Positions 26,510-40,575 are shown, counted from the first letter of the whole stretch. The stretch: 62,954 nucleotides of DNA, filler included, from Octopus bimaculoides (GCF_001194135.2; 5 parts of 5 records of this genome joined end to end with filler, not necessarily neighbours in it); one strand, 5' to 3'. Made by a program: numbers and translations. The notes: a model not told the origin generated them from the letters alone.

Positions 26510-26790
26510 AGCGTTCCATTTGATCCAATCAATGGAATGACCTGCTCGTGAAATTAATGTACAAGTGGCTGAGTACCTCACAGATATGTGCACCCTTTAT
26601 GTAGTTCTCAGTGTGACTGAAAGTATAACAAGTCTGGCCCTTTGAAATACAGGTACTACTCATTTTTGCCAGCTGAGTGGACTGGAGCAATGTGGAATAA
26701 AGTGTCTTGCTCAAGGACACAATACAGCCTTGTCTGGGTTTTGAAACTAGCACCTTACAAATGTGAACTGGATGCCCTAACCACTAAGCC
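26510..26790 (-). mobile_element. SINE family C
   Basis: CAAGTGGCTGAG...GAAATACAGGTACTACTC...GTCTTGCTCAAGGACACAA. Confidence 0.75.
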
Positions 26791-26820
26791 ATGCACCTTT
26801 ATACACACACACGCACACAC

Positions 26821-26900
<80 letters not shown>

Positions 26901-27000
26901 NNNNNNNNNNNNNNNNNNNNNNNNNNNNNNNNNNNNNNNNNNNNTTAATTAATTAANNNNNNNNNNNNNNNNNNNNNNNNNNNNNNNNNNNNNNNNNNNN
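26901..27000. other. Artificial 100-bp scaffold spacer
   Basis: 44 N + TTAATTAATTAA (stops in all six frames) + 44 N. Confidence 0.9.
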
Positions 27001-28309
27001 ACCACCACCACCACCACACAACTGACGTCACTACTTTCATCCACGTCTAGCTTATTACTGTTACTATCAACAACGTTATTACTTCTACCACCAGCACTGC
27101 AACGCTTTCACCTTACATCTACCGCCATTTTACTACGCACGATTCATCACATTTATCACCATTATGACCACTACTTATACCACACCCCTCTACCACCGAT
27201 ACTTCTATAAGGATGTCTTTACTATCCGTCAACTACGGTCGCCACTAGTACAATGATAAAAATTATTATAAGACTACTATGACACTAGTTATTCGATGTT
27301 ATGAACAAATCGCCACCATTACACTGACACTACCACTACCACCACCACAACGACATCACCACCATGGCCACCCTCCTGCTCACAAGCACCAACACTGCCA
27401 TTACGTTACTTTCACTCGCAGCCCGTTAGAAAAAATTATTGTTATAGAAACAGGATGGTTTTCGTAGCTGTCAAAGATGAACGACGCAGAAACAGAAGCG
27501 TTCTACGATCCAATGAACACATTTGCATCACTCCACGGATGCAACTTCAGTGACAATGCCTCAGCCAAGACTGTGGTTTTGTACATATCTAGACGAATAA
27601 TATTTTCCCTAGATTAGTTTCGCAGCGAAAGGTCTTATCGCATCCGAATACATTTAAACATGTTAAATATACTTCGTTTTTGTGTCTGGTCTGCAAGATT
27701 CTTTATGTGAATTCGTGTGTTGAAGCAAATTATGTTGTGTCTGGGGAGAGTCATACTGTCTTAATGCCTTATTATTTAACACACACACACACTCACCGGT
27801 TCGATTTCCACTCATTTCGTATTTATATTTTTCTTCCAAAACTTTCATTGCATTTGCAACCGCATCAATTGATGTTGACTCTCATTTTTACGTTTTTCAA
27901 ACTTTTTCTTTATATTAATAAAACAATCTTTTTTTATATATATATCTCCTAGTGGGATAATCTATAGTTACCTTGATACTTTGTTGGATAGAGTTAGCTA
28001 TCTACTGATACTCTCCACCATGTTCCTCTCAGTTTCTACGTTACATTTACTAGGGTTTGTCCTATGTTGAAATCGAACCGGTGAGTGTTTTAAATAATGA
28101 AGCATGGAAACACTACCCCTCTCCCCAGATACAACATAATATGTTAAATATAATTTATGCGACATTATTTGTTTAATTCTGGCTTGACCAAGATATGGAC
28201 ACATCAGTAAATGCCACGCATGCTATTTTAGATAAGAATGTATTTGTTCTTGTCGGGTTGTGAGTGACAGATTTCGCTTTCGCCAATGACTAAGCGAATT
28301 AAAACAGAA

Positions 28310-28387
28310 TCGGCCGCTCTGGGATTCGAAACCGCGATCCCACGACCGCGAGTCCGCTGCCTTAACCACTGGGCCATTGCGCCTCCA
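28310..28387 (-). mobile_element. GC-rich tRNA-derived SINE head
   Basis: A box TGGCCCAGTGG and B box GGTTTCGAATCCC; the acceptor stem does not close, so it is not a tRNA gene. Confidence 0.65.
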
Positions 28388-28553
28388 CTATATATATATA
28401 TATATATNNNNNNNNNNNNNNNNNNNNNNNNNNNNNNNNNNNNNNNNNNNNNNNNNNNNNNNNNNNNNNNNNNNNNNNNNNNNNNNNNNNNNNNNNNNNN
28501 NNNNNNNNNNNNNNNNNNNNNNNNNNNNNNNNNNNNNNNNNNNNNNNNNNNNN

Positions 28554-28597
<44 letters not shown>

Positions 28598-29852
28598 ATA
28601 TACGTGTATATGTACGTATGTATGTATAATATAAATGTATACACATATATGTGTTTGTGTGTATGTGTGTGTGTGTGTGTGTGTATGAAAATTATTTCCA
28701 TATCTATGTATTCTAGTATATGTTAGCATATGCACACACATACATACAGGCACACACAGATACGGCGGATCGGTGAAATACGCCAACACGAACGCATAAA
28801 GTAATGCGCGAGGTTTAAAGCTGAAGAATAAGATGATCAATCGCACCGAAAACGATCGCAGCAACACCTCACGCTATACGAAACACTTCAGGACACCTGA
28901 CAGCAATAGCCTACCCAACACACCGTTCAAAACCATCTCGGCCTTTTTGAACGAGGGCGTCACGAACAGTTTAATGACCAATTCCATCTAGAAATATTAA
29001 GACACGCCCGACCAAACCACCCATCACATAAGACGCACACAAACGCACATACACACACACAGAGTCTCTCTCTCCCTTTCTTTCTTTCCCTTTCTCTCTC
29101 TCTCTCTCTTTCTCTCTCACACACACGTTCACACACACAGACACATATTTAAGTACACACATACGCATTTAAGCGCATGCATGTATATACATTTACGCAT
29201 ATACACATATCTACATATATCACAGCACCAATCCCCGCCATTGCCATCGAAATCCTGTAACGTCAATCACGCCTTAAACACACGCACAAACACACACACA
29301 CACACAAATGCACACTCACACACACACACAAACTCACACTCACACACACACACACACGCTCATACACACAAATGCACACGCATGCACATACAAGTGCACA
29401 CGCACATGTCACCCATCAGAGAACAATTGCGTCAGATCAAACAGTGATGAAGTAACTGGCTTTTAACTGACCACTAATGGATGGCGTTGGATGGTGGTGG
29501 TGCTAGTGATGGTGGTGGTGGTGGCGGCGGCGGTGGTGGTGGTTTTGGTGGTGGGTCGGTTTTATAGTGAAACATATATTGGGTTTAAACTTTCTTTCCT
29601 ACAATCTGTGATTGCGTATATATGAGAGATTTTCATAGTGTATATACGTCAGTGTGTATGTGTATGTGTAAGTGTGTGAGTACGCATACACACACATGCA
29701 TATATACATAGATATATACAAGATACATATATACATAAGTATGTATGCATAAATATAAGTATGCATTACATATATATGCACACACAAGTATATGTATATG
29801 TATGTATGCATACATATATTTATGCATATATATGCATAAATACATGTATGCA

Positions 29853-29893
<41 letters not shown>

Positions 29894-30152
29894 TTATATG
29901 TATGTATATATATATATATATATATANNNNNNNNNNNNNNNNNNNNNNNNNNNNNNNNNNNNNNNNNNNNNNNNNNNNNNNNNNNNNNNNNNNNNNNNNN
30001 NNNNNNNNNNNNNNNNNNNNNNNNNNNNNNNNNNNNNNNNNNNNNNNNNNNNNNNNNNNNNNNNNNNNNNNNNNNNNNNNNNNNNNNNNNNNNNNNNNNN
30101 NNNNNNNNNNNNNNNNNNNNNNNNNNNNNNNNNNNNNNNNNNNNNNNNNNNN

Positions 30153-30183
<31 letters not shown>

Positions 30184-30209
30184 TATGGTATTTATTATAG
30201 CTCCCAAAA

Positions 30210-30339
30210 ATCTTCACAAACTGTTACTCAGAGTTTCACGTAAACGTTTGTCACTCAATTACGAAAGTTCTACTAGAGTGCTATGGTAACTGTCTGATGA
30301 ACGGACATGCGAAACTCCAAGTAACAGTTTGTGAAGATG
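30210..30339 (+). ncRNA. Minimal hammerhead (30288-30329) preceded by an inverted copy of its 3' half (30210-30241)
   Basis: AACTGT-CTGATGA-ACGGACATGC-GAAA-CTCCAA-GTA-ACAGTT with a 6-bp stem I; upstream inverted copy reads GTGAAACTCTGAGTAACAGTTTGTGAAGAT. Confidence 0.65.
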
Positions 30340-30597
30340 TTTTCGACTTTAATGAATATTATATCGCTCCACCTTTAGTAAACGACGAGTGCTATATGTA
30401 TATGTGTGTGTGTGTGCGTGTTTGTTTATATATATATGTGTATATGTGTATCTATACATATAGATGTATATATATGAATGTATGTATAGACACATTCGCA
30501 CAGATATGTGTACATGTATATATATACACGTACTGATTCACATTCAAACACACGTATATTATTTTATATGTCAGCTGTTTCATGCTTATGCTCATTG

Positions 30598-30640
<43 letters not shown>

Positions 30641-31581
30641 NNNNNNNNNNNNNNNNNNNNNNNNNNNNNNNNNNNNNNNNNNNNNNNNNNNNNNNNNNNN
30701 NNNNNNNNNNNNNNNNNNNNNNNNNNNNNNNNNNNNNNNNNNNNNNNNNNNNNNNNNNNNNNNNNNNNNNNNNNNNNNNNNNNNNNNNNNNNNNNNNNNN
30801 NNNNNNNNNNNNNNNNNNNNNNNNNNNNNNNNNNNNNNNNNNNNNNNNNNNNNNNNNNNNNNNNNNNNNNNNNNNNNNNNNNNNNNNNNNNNNNNNNNNN
30901 NNNNNNNNNNNNNNNNNNNNNNNNNNNNNNNNNNNNNNNNNNNNNNNNNNNNNNNNNNNNNNNNNNNNNNNNNNNNNNNNNNNNNNNNNNNNNNNNNNNN
31001 NNNNNNNNNNNNNNNNNNNNNNNNNNNNNNNNNNNNNNNNNNNNNNNNNNNNNNNNNNNNNNNNNNNNNNNNNNNNNNNNNNNNNNNNNNNNNNNNNNNN
31101 NNNNNNNNNNNNNNNNNNNNNNNNNNNNNNNNNNNNNNNNNNNNNNNNNNNNNNNNNNNNNNNNNNNNNNNNNNNNNNNNNNNNNNNNNNNNNNNNNNNN
31201 NNNNNNNNNNNNNNNNNNNNNNNNNNNNNNNNNNNNNNNNNNNNNNNNNNNNNNNNNNNNNNNNNNNNNNNNNNNNNNNNNNNNNNNNNNNNNNNNNNNN
31301 NNNNNNNNNNNNNNNNNNNNNNNNNNNNNNNNNNNNNNNNNNNNNNNNNNNNNNNNNNNNNNNNNNNNNNNNNNNNNNNNNNNNNNNNNNNNNNNNNNNN
31401 NNNNNNNNNNNNNNNNNNNNNNNNNNNNNNNNNNNNNNNNNNNNNNNNNNNNNNNNNNNNNNNNNNNNNNNNNNNNNNNNNNNNTTATTCCGTGACAATC
31501 CGTTGCTACACCTGGGCTGACTTTCTCAATTGGTCATTATGGACATTCTCGTAATGGAAGGTTTTCGGTTGTTGTATGTTG

Positions 31582-31631
<50 letters not shown>

Positions 31632-31632
31632 T

Positions 31633-31678
<46 letters not shown>

Positions 31679-31796
31679 CACACACACACACACACAGATA
31701 GATACATACATACAAAGACAGACAGACAAACAGATAGATAGATAAATAGATACATTTCTTTTATTTGCCACACAGGGCTCAACGAAGATGGGAGAC

Positions 31797-31868
<72 letters not shown>

Positions 31869-32916
31869 GTGTGCCTGCATACGTGAAGCACGTGAGTCTG
31901 TCTGTGTGTATGCATGACATGTTTTTATATACTGAATGTAAACACGCGAGTGTGTGAGCAAGCAATTGTGTGTGTGGTTCCATTCACATGATGTTTCCTC
32001 CGTTGATTTCGACGAGGAGCGTTCTGTCGTTCGACCAACTGAATTAACTACATATAAAAATCATCGTGGAAATAGCTGAGTATTTCGCAGACACGCGAAC
32101 ACCTGAGACAAAGTCTAACACTATGCAGCGTACTGCGTCACGATGCTCGGCCTTGGGTTTACAGGCAGTGTCTATCCGATTGAATTACATACTGTTTGCA
32201 TCTGTTCAATTCCACTCCCCTGGTTCGGGTCACTGTGAGACAATATTAATAATATTTGCCCAAGGTGACTCTTAGTGAACATATCCCCAAACCTATATTC
32301 CACTGGACTACGTTGCTCTCCAATCTTCTAAACTCTAGGCAAAGAAATATTGGGTGATAGAAATATAAACAGCCTCATGTCACATACATATTTTTGCTCT
32401 CATACGCATTTTTACATCTTCACATACACACATATTTTTACAAATGCAGGCAAACACATATATAAATATTGTTTCAAGGATGAGCTACTTCAAGTTTCAT
32501 GGTTAGAATTTACAGTATTTAGATAAGTTTGCATAGCGTACTCTGTACGATCCTGCAACCGTTCAAGTTAATTTTACACGGCAGCTGCATATTTTCTCAC
32601 AGAGTTAGCATTGTATATTGGTCTGAATGATTGCCCCGTTCGAAAATTTCAATCCCAGAGCATGAGATCTGAAGCAACTCGTGTAATTTACTGACAAGAA
32701 GTGAACTGTTCACCATCTATATATGAACATTGGACTGGATTGGATTGTTTTGTCCTTGTTCAGTCCACTGTCGGACGAAGGCCTCAGCATGTTCTTTCCC
32801 CCAACCTCGGTCTGATATAGAGGCCGTGAATATGAGCTTGAAATCATACTGGTTAAATGAACCAAATCAGTCACAGCAGCTCAACAAGGCTTGGCAGAAA
32901 GATACAGTTTTTTTAA

Positions 32917-33150
32917 GGCGGCGAGCTGGCAGAAACGTTAGCACGTCGGGCGAAATGCTTAGCGGTATTTCGTCTGCCGTTACGTTCTAAGTTCAAATTC
33001 CACCGAGGTCGACTTTGCCTTTCATCCTTTCGGGGTCGATAACTTAAGTACCAGCTACGCACTGGGGGTCGATGTAATCGACTCAATCCTTTTGTCTGTC
33101 CTTGTTTGTCCCCTCTATGTTTAGCCCCTTGTGGGCAATAAAGAAATAAG
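32917..33150 (+). mobile_element. SINE family B, CpG-intact copy
   Basis: GGCGGCGAGCTGGCAGAAACGTTAGCACG...GTTCAAATTCC...GAGGTCGACTTTGCCTTTCATCCTTTCGGGGTCGATAA. Confidence 0.85.
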
Positions 33151-33875
33151 AAAGATGCAGCTTTTTATCCTCATACCAATGAGTACATAAACCGGTTACA
33201 CACACAAACACACATACACACTCACGCGCGCACATACACACATATATATATATATATATATATGTATATACATGAGTGTGCGTATGTGTGCGCGCGTGTG
33301 TATGTATGTATGTATGTGTGGTAGATTCTCTTGGTGGATGATGATTCCGCAACTATTTTGCATTTCAGATTGCGCAGTATATTCCTCAATAAGGCTAATG
33401 TATTGTTTGTCTGGAAGAATATGAATACCCTCAATTTCACAAGGAGTATATAAGAGCGTTCCCTGGGGGACCACAACAACAACAACATCGTCTATTATAG
33501 TAACATCGAATTTAATGAAATTAAACGTTCTGGAGAGTGAATAAGTGCAAGGAAATGGCGCGTTAGAGACCGGATTCTTTGGGATTTTTTCAAAAGCTAT
33601 CTGCACATCCAATTACAACAGTTTAACTGTTGTCTCCGCTCTGACAGCAAGAAACCTGAATCTTGCTTATCTTGATGAAAGCTAAAGGAAAATATACATT
33701 GAAGAAAATATACACGCACAGATAAGCTTAAAAAACACTCACATCCACAAATTCACACTCATATGTGTGCATACACACACACAAACACACACACATACAC
33801 ATATACCGATATATATATATATATACACATACATATACATACCTATATATATATAAATATATATACATACACACC

Positions 33876-33939
<64 letters not shown>

Positions 33940-34112
33940 CATTTATACATATATTTACACATTCACACACACATATCGAAGAAAGGTTGTTAAGAGCGTT
34001 TTCTAGACACAACTACAGTAAAATTACTGGGGCATTCGGAAAAGCAATTAATACATGTTTAATGACGTCATCTCTATCTCCCTTTCTAACTCTCTCTTTG
34101 TTTCTATGTATG

Positions 34113-34143
<31 letters not shown>

Positions 34144-34466
34144 CTATCTATCTATCTGTCTATATGAATTTTTATTTCTTAAACTTTATGCATGTATCTG
34201 AGCTTTTATCCGCGTATCTGTCTATGTAACTATTCGTGTAACTATCTAAATGCGTAGTATGAATATATTACATATATTATAATATAGGTGGCCCGTCAGC
34301 AAATTAATAAACAAGGGTACAAAGCAGTACCAGCATTGCTATAAATAAGTGTAAAATATGACTAAAAAAAGCTACAAAAACACTAACTCAATGAGTTGAC
34401 GAAAGAGAGGAAGCGAGAAAGCACCTTACCATGGTGAGACAAACTAACAAATAAAGTAACAGTTAT

Positions 34467-34524
34467 ATCCATATCACTTGATTTCGCACTCTGATAAATT
34501 TAATTCTAGTTCTCGTCAGTGGAT
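34467..34524 (-). ncRNA. Type I hammerhead motif, core intact
   Basis: ATCCA-CTGACGA-GAACT...AGTGC-GAAA-TCA AG TGA-TA-TGGAT: all core nucleotides present, AUA triplet, near-palindromic stem III. Confidence 0.7.
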
Positions 34525-34889
34525 CTTACTTTGCCTAGGGTTGAAGAGAAACTCGCCTTGTCAAACTCATGAAACAAAAAAAAAAAACGTCTGAACAGCG
34601 TGTTCTAATTTAAATCGGTAGAAATTTATAGTATAAATAAAATAATACAATGTATTAAATATATAAACAAGTGTACAAAAATGTGGCTTTTTGAGTCGTC
34701 TTTGGTTCTTACTTCTAGTAATTCTGGTACTATTCTTTACCCTTCATTATTAATTTGCCTTTAGGTTATAATTAATTACTACGGGCTTATTCCGATATTT
34801 TTAATGCAATTTCTGAAAACAATGTTTTGTATTTCTTACTTATTGTAATCGGTAAAAAAAAAAAATATTCGATGTAAATTGTTTTAATA

Positions 34890-34981
34890 AATTTATTATT
34901 ATTATTATTATTATTGTTGTTGTTGTTGTTGTTGTTGTTGTCGTCATCATCATCACCATTATCACCATCATCATCACTGCT

Positions 34982-35033
<52 letters not shown>

Positions 35034-35082
35034 CCATCATCATCAACATCTTCATTATCATCAACACCCTTATTCCCATCAC

Positions 35083-35115
<33 letters not shown>

Positions 35116-35125
35116 TATCATCATC
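34890..35125. repeat. Compound trinucleotide microsatellite (ATT)n(GTT)n(CAT)n
   Basis: Read directly; the poly-M and poly-S ORFs are artefacts. Confidence 0.9.
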
Positions 35126-35216
35126 ACAACTGCGTTGTTTGATGTTGGAGTACTTTTTCTTATTTAAATGTTTTATCTCTCCATGTTAATCTCTAGATGT
35201 TAAGATATTCTCATCG

Positions 35217-35316
35217 NNNNNNNNNNNNNNNNNNNNNNNNNNNNNNNNNNNNNNNNNNNNTTAATTAATTAANNNNNNNNNNNNNNNNNNNNNNNNNNNN
35301 NNNNNNNNNNNNNNNN
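35217..35316. other. Artificial 100-bp scaffold spacer
   Basis: 44 N + TTAATTAATTAA + 44 N. Confidence 0.9.
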
Positions 35317-35371
35317 GGCTATGATGCTCCCCCACTACTTCTGCTCATGATCAGAGATGCACATATCGTCA

Positions 35372-35459
35372 GCCACCAAGGGACATGCTCGACTGGTTAA
35401 GGTCAAACAACTGACAAGCAAATCTGTGGTATTAAGCAGAATATTTGCTGTAGCCCATC

Positions 35460-35495
<36 letters not shown>

Positions 35496-35499
35496 AATA

Positions 35500-35558
<59 letters not shown>

Positions 35559-35769
35559 AATAATTATAATAATGATAATAATAATAGTAATAATAATAAT
35601 GCAGTACCAGGCAGTGGCTCTCATGGCTTCTGATCTTAACTGATTGGAAGTGTTATCTCCTCTTAACTAATTGTTATGGAAGATGGACTACAATGAATAT
35701 TCTGCTCAATACCCCAGATTTGTTTGTCAGTTGCTTGACCTTAACCAGTTGAGCATGTCCCTTAGTGGC
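35372..35769. repeat. Inverted pair of ~90-bp repeat arms around an (ATT)/(GAT) microsatellite
   Basis: 35372-35461 is the reverse complement of 35680-35769; 4 mismatches in the outer 55 bp. Confidence 0.8.
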
Positions 35770-37201
35770 AGGTCATGCGTTGTTTATCTTGATATGAGAT
35801 CACCATGTCGCGTACATTTGGTTGTGATGCATGGTGTACCCTTATCAGACGGGTAGTCATGATGGGTATACTGGGCTTCGTATATTTTACCCGTGTCACT
35901 TTGATGGCATGCAATGCTCTCTCACTCACTCAATAATAATAATACTAATACTAATAATAATAATAATAACTATTGTTACTATTCTTCCAAATTTTAGGCA
36001 CAAGGCCAGAAATGTTTTACGGGAGGGTTTAGTCGAATATATCGAATCCCAATGAACAAATGATACTTATTTTGTTGACTCCGATAGGATGAGGATGCAA
36101 AGTGTTTGATTTCGGCAGGATTTGAATTCAGAATATAAAAAGGCAGAAGAAATGCCGCAAAGCATTTGTCCAACGCGCTAAGATAAGTAGTTTTGGGGCG
36201 GAGGAAGAGTCGATTACATCGATCTCAGTACATTATTGGCCCTTCTTTTTATCAACCCCGGAGGGATGAAAGGCATAGTTGACCTCGGCGAGATTTGAAC
36301 TCAGAACGTAAAGAACCAGAAAAGCCTACAATATATTTTTCCCGACGTTCAAACGATTCTGCCATCAAAATTAGATATATATATGCATTTAAGTAAAATA
36401 AAACTCAATGCGGTTATGTAGACAATTTTTATTCAAAACTGTATTTTCGCAAATACGAGCTACTCGTAGCTACGTTAAATCTCACGTTGCGGCTTTTGTC
36501 AGGCTTTGAAGCGAAATGCATTCAGTACTATTCACGTCGTCTAGATGTAGCAAACAATGAATGACTGACTCAATAAGTAATTGTATGAATATTTATACTT
36601 CACAGGAAATGTGTGAGTGTTAATTAATTAAAGATGGTTAAACCAATTAATGCATAATTATATCAATGATAATTGTCAGCTTTCTAAAGCAAGCATTATC
36701 TGAATTGTTGGCTGTTGTATTCTTTGTTGTTGTCACAGATTGGGACATATGTTAAAGGCATTATATTCTGCTTCGTAAACAGGGAGGGTTAATGGCTGTT
36801 GTTGTTTTCTTGATGGATACGAACGAACTTGATGCCGCTGCACAATGGAACATGTGTTAAAGATATCAGCGATCAAGCAGTCAAAACTGCGGTGTGAGCG
36901 GAGGGTCTGACGTTTCGTGTGGGGATGGCGTTTGTGGGAGGTGCTTGCATACACATACGACACGTACTTATGCGCACATATTTACACATAAACGTATGAA
37001 AAATGAACAGACACACAAATACATGAGTAATTGCATGGACACACATATATGTATGCATATACACACGCTACACATGCACATATACAAACATACATATATA
37101 TACCTATACATATTTCATATATATATATATGTGTGTGTGTGTGTGTATGTACACATCGATATGAGTATATACACACATACGCATGTCTACATAGGTACAT
37201 T

Positions 37202-37232
<31 letters not shown>

Positions 37233-38139
37233 CCAACCTCCTACACCCGGATATAGAGTGGGCCATGGTACCCCATATATGACTGAGGTGTGAATAACAA
37301 TCTAAAAGACTTCGCCAGGTGGTGCTATTAAGTTAGACATGGCCTGAGCCTATACTGACCTAGACCTATCTAAGTTATCTAAGTTATGTGTGTATGTACG
37401 TATGTATATGCATGTATGTATATGTATATGCATGTATGTATATGTATGTATGTATGAGGTTAAGAAGTTCATACGAGTAAGTTTACATTAAAAGACAAAT
37501 TAAATGCTTTGAGAATTTTATCACAAATAAAGGAAAGAAAATATTTCCATTTTTATGAAAACATACCACCGGTTTCAATTGTTTTATATGACAATTTAGT
37601 CATGCTGTAAGAAGACGGAAGATAATTTGAAATGTACTAAATTAAACTTTCATAATATCATTTCTGGAAGCTCCTATATTGCTCATAAGAATCACATGGT
37701 GCTAGTTGTCGGTTTCCTTTAGATGGCTGTTGGGTAGAGGTCGGGGCCGTCGTCGTCATCGTAGTAGTAGTAGTAATAGTAGTAACAATTTTTGCAGTTG
37801 TAGTCTTTTGTTTCTTACTAGCAATATTGGTGTTAAGGAGTGACTTTTAGTAGTAATAACATCAGTGGTTGTAGCCATCGTAGTGGTGGCTGTATCAATT
37901 TCACTAGCAGAAGCAGCAATAGCAGCTTACTCAGTCGCTGTAGTGTTAGTGGTGGCGGATATAGTAAATGCCATAAATGTGGCGGGAGTTGTTTGTTCTT
38001 CTTCAATAACAAGAGTAGGGATAGCAGTCGTAGTTGGAGTTGTAGCAGAAGTAGAAGCTGTAACAGCAGTAGTAGCGGCGGCAATAGCAGCAGTAACTCT
38101 ACTAGTTTTTGTAGCTGTTGTTGTCCTTTCTTTGCCGCA

Positions 38140-39330
38140 TTAGCTTAGAAGTAGTCGGTATTTGGTTATGAAAATTGTTTCTTTGTTATTGCGCTGCTGT
38201 TGCGATGACCAATCAGCAAATTTATATAGGAGGAAGATCGTAAAATTTCTTACAGGTACATGTGTCTTTATGTTCTCTGGGTTCTATCTGTCTGCATTCC
38301 GGCATTTTAATTTGTGGTCTATGCAGAATTATGCGTTGTCTTAAGGATATCACGGTTTGCCTTAGATAGTTCTCTCCGCATCCTGCCGTATGTAATTCTC
38401 TCCACATGCAGCACGTAATTGCACAGATTAGGTTTTCAGATGCACAGATGAAGATATTCCTGATCGTGAAAAATTGTCCTTATTGAAAATGTATCTCCAA
38501 CTCTTCTGACAGATTTCATCATGTCGTATATTTGGATATTCAGCGTTTATTTATTTATTTTTTTTGCCGTTGAATCTATGGTTGTTGCATGATATTTAGC
38601 CTTTATTAATGTTTTTGCATTAATTTGGGCTGTCTTTCATAATGGTATGTGCTTGAAGGATTTGCGTCAGCCGGGTTTCTTTTTTTAGTGTCAGTATGTT
38701 TTATAAGCATTGTTTTTAGGTGGAAAAGCAAAATAGAAGGTTAAAATTTTTCATTTCGATATATTTGCTTTGTTTGTCTTAGTGCTTGGATATTGATTAT
38801 TATGGGTCGTTGTATTCCATTAGCGATTACAGTTGGCGGATAATTCCTATCTGGGATAATTCCTATCTTGGGTTTTTTAAACCTTATGTCACGGCTGGTT
38901 TCATCGGAGACAGATGTGCAGATTATTTAGGTTATGAGAAACTGTTACTCTGGTTCGTCTCGGATGACACAAATTGAAAGGAAGATATTGTTTGAAGTCC
39001 ATAGATTTATAGTAAATGCTTGTCATATGGATAATTAAAAATGTATTCACAGAAGTCATCAAATGTTTTGCTCTTCCTTTTGGTGGTGTGTAGTTGGTGT
39101 TCTTTTTTTTATCAATGATTTATCATCATCATTCTTGTCGTACAACTCTTCTGTGATTCGTAGTCTTTGAGTGGTTGGTGTGAATTTGAGTCCTTTAGGG
39201 AGTACAATAGTTTGTTATACCGTTTTCTGTGATAAATTTATAATTTTTATTACATTTGGCTTCTCTTGTTCGTATGTTCAACCGGGTATCATTGTCCCCG
39301 TGGACAGGATCTAAAAGCGTTTATTACAAT
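38140..39330 (-). mobile_element. Penelope-like element, internally deleted and decayed
   Basis: Fragments LPKGLKFTPT, YYKSMDFKQYLPFNLCHPR and GIY-YIG relic GCGENYLRQTVISLRQR; nucleotide similarity to 42100-42960 (e.g. CTATATAAATTTGCTGA). Confidence 0.75.
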
Positions 39331-40410
39331 CAGGTTGGTTGATGTTATTAGTATGTCCCCATTGTTATAGTTTACAGCAAAGGCTTGTTGATAGGATTGT
39401 TGGATGAGCTTTTGAATTTTATGTTTCGTTGGCGTGTTTCGAGGGAATTTCGTTGATTGTTGGAGAGATTTCGTAGTTATTTCTTATTTTATTACTCTTT
39501 AGCATAGTACTCGTGAGACATTCTTACATGCATGTACACATGCATACATTCACGAATACACCCGGCACACAGACAGACACACACATACATACACATACAC
39601 ACACATACACACATGCTCACAAGTATATGCATACATATCTGCAAACGCGTCTATACATACGTATTTTCATATACGGAAATGTGTGAGCATGCATGCGCGC
39701 GCGTGTCTGCGTGTACATTAAAATATTCTGCGCAAAAATAGAAAAGAAAGCTGATAGCAAATAGCATTATTTGATGGGGTGGGGTGGTGAGTATGTGAAA
39801 GTCTTTGAAGTGTCTCGGGAAAATGTATGGGAAGAAACTGGGAAAATATGTTTTCTTATGCATCTACGTACAATATAAAACTGTAAAATTTTCTGCATCT
39901 CTATGTGTCTGTCACTTTCTTTCTCTTTCTATCTCTTTCTCCATTTCTCTTCCTCTCTGCATATGTACATATACACACATAAATACAGATCTGCGTGGAA
40001 ATGGAAATTACATGCGAGGAATATAAATATATTATTAGTGGCAATCCATTTATTTACTGCATACGTACAAACGTATATAAGCACTTGCACAAACTTGCAT
40101 GTACAGCTACATGCATTTTCCCATGTTTACTGTTTTGAACAAGCTCGCTTCGAAGGCATATGTATGTTGATGAAGTGTGGTGGCTGGAAGAGTGTATGAA
40201 CGCGTTAATGAGTATCTTCAGTGTGGTTATGTTTATTACACAAACGAATTCTGCATGGTGTAAATAATGATAATAATATTTTCTTTGTTAACAATTAAGG
40301 GTTCACAAAGACGGTTGAGGACAGTACAGAACGATACAATATGAAGTCATATATTAAGACGTGTAAATATTAAAAGTACTAAATAAAATAAAACATTAAA
40401 AATACATATA

Positions 40411-40575
40411 GGCGCAGGAGTGGCTGTATGGTAAGTAGCTTGCTTACCAACCACATGATTCCGGGTTCAGTCCCACTGCGTGGCACCTTGGACAAGTGTC
40501 TTCTACTATAGCCTCGGGCCGACCAAAGCCTTGTGAGTGGATTTGGTAGACGGAAACTGAAAGAAGCCCGTCGTA
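40411..40575 (+). mobile_element. SINE family A, best-preserved copy
   Basis: GGCGCAGGAGTGGCTGTATGGTAAG...GGTTCAGTCCC...GGAAACTGAAAGAAGCCCGTCG followed by (TA)n. Confidence 0.85.

Noticed and set aside
28310-28387. tRNA gene
   Set aside because: A and B boxes are present but the acceptor stem does not pair; it is a SINE head.
34421-34440. ACCATGGT giving ATG|GT donor-like junctions on both strands
   Set aside because: Explained by a short palindrome; no compatible downstream exon or promoter evidence.
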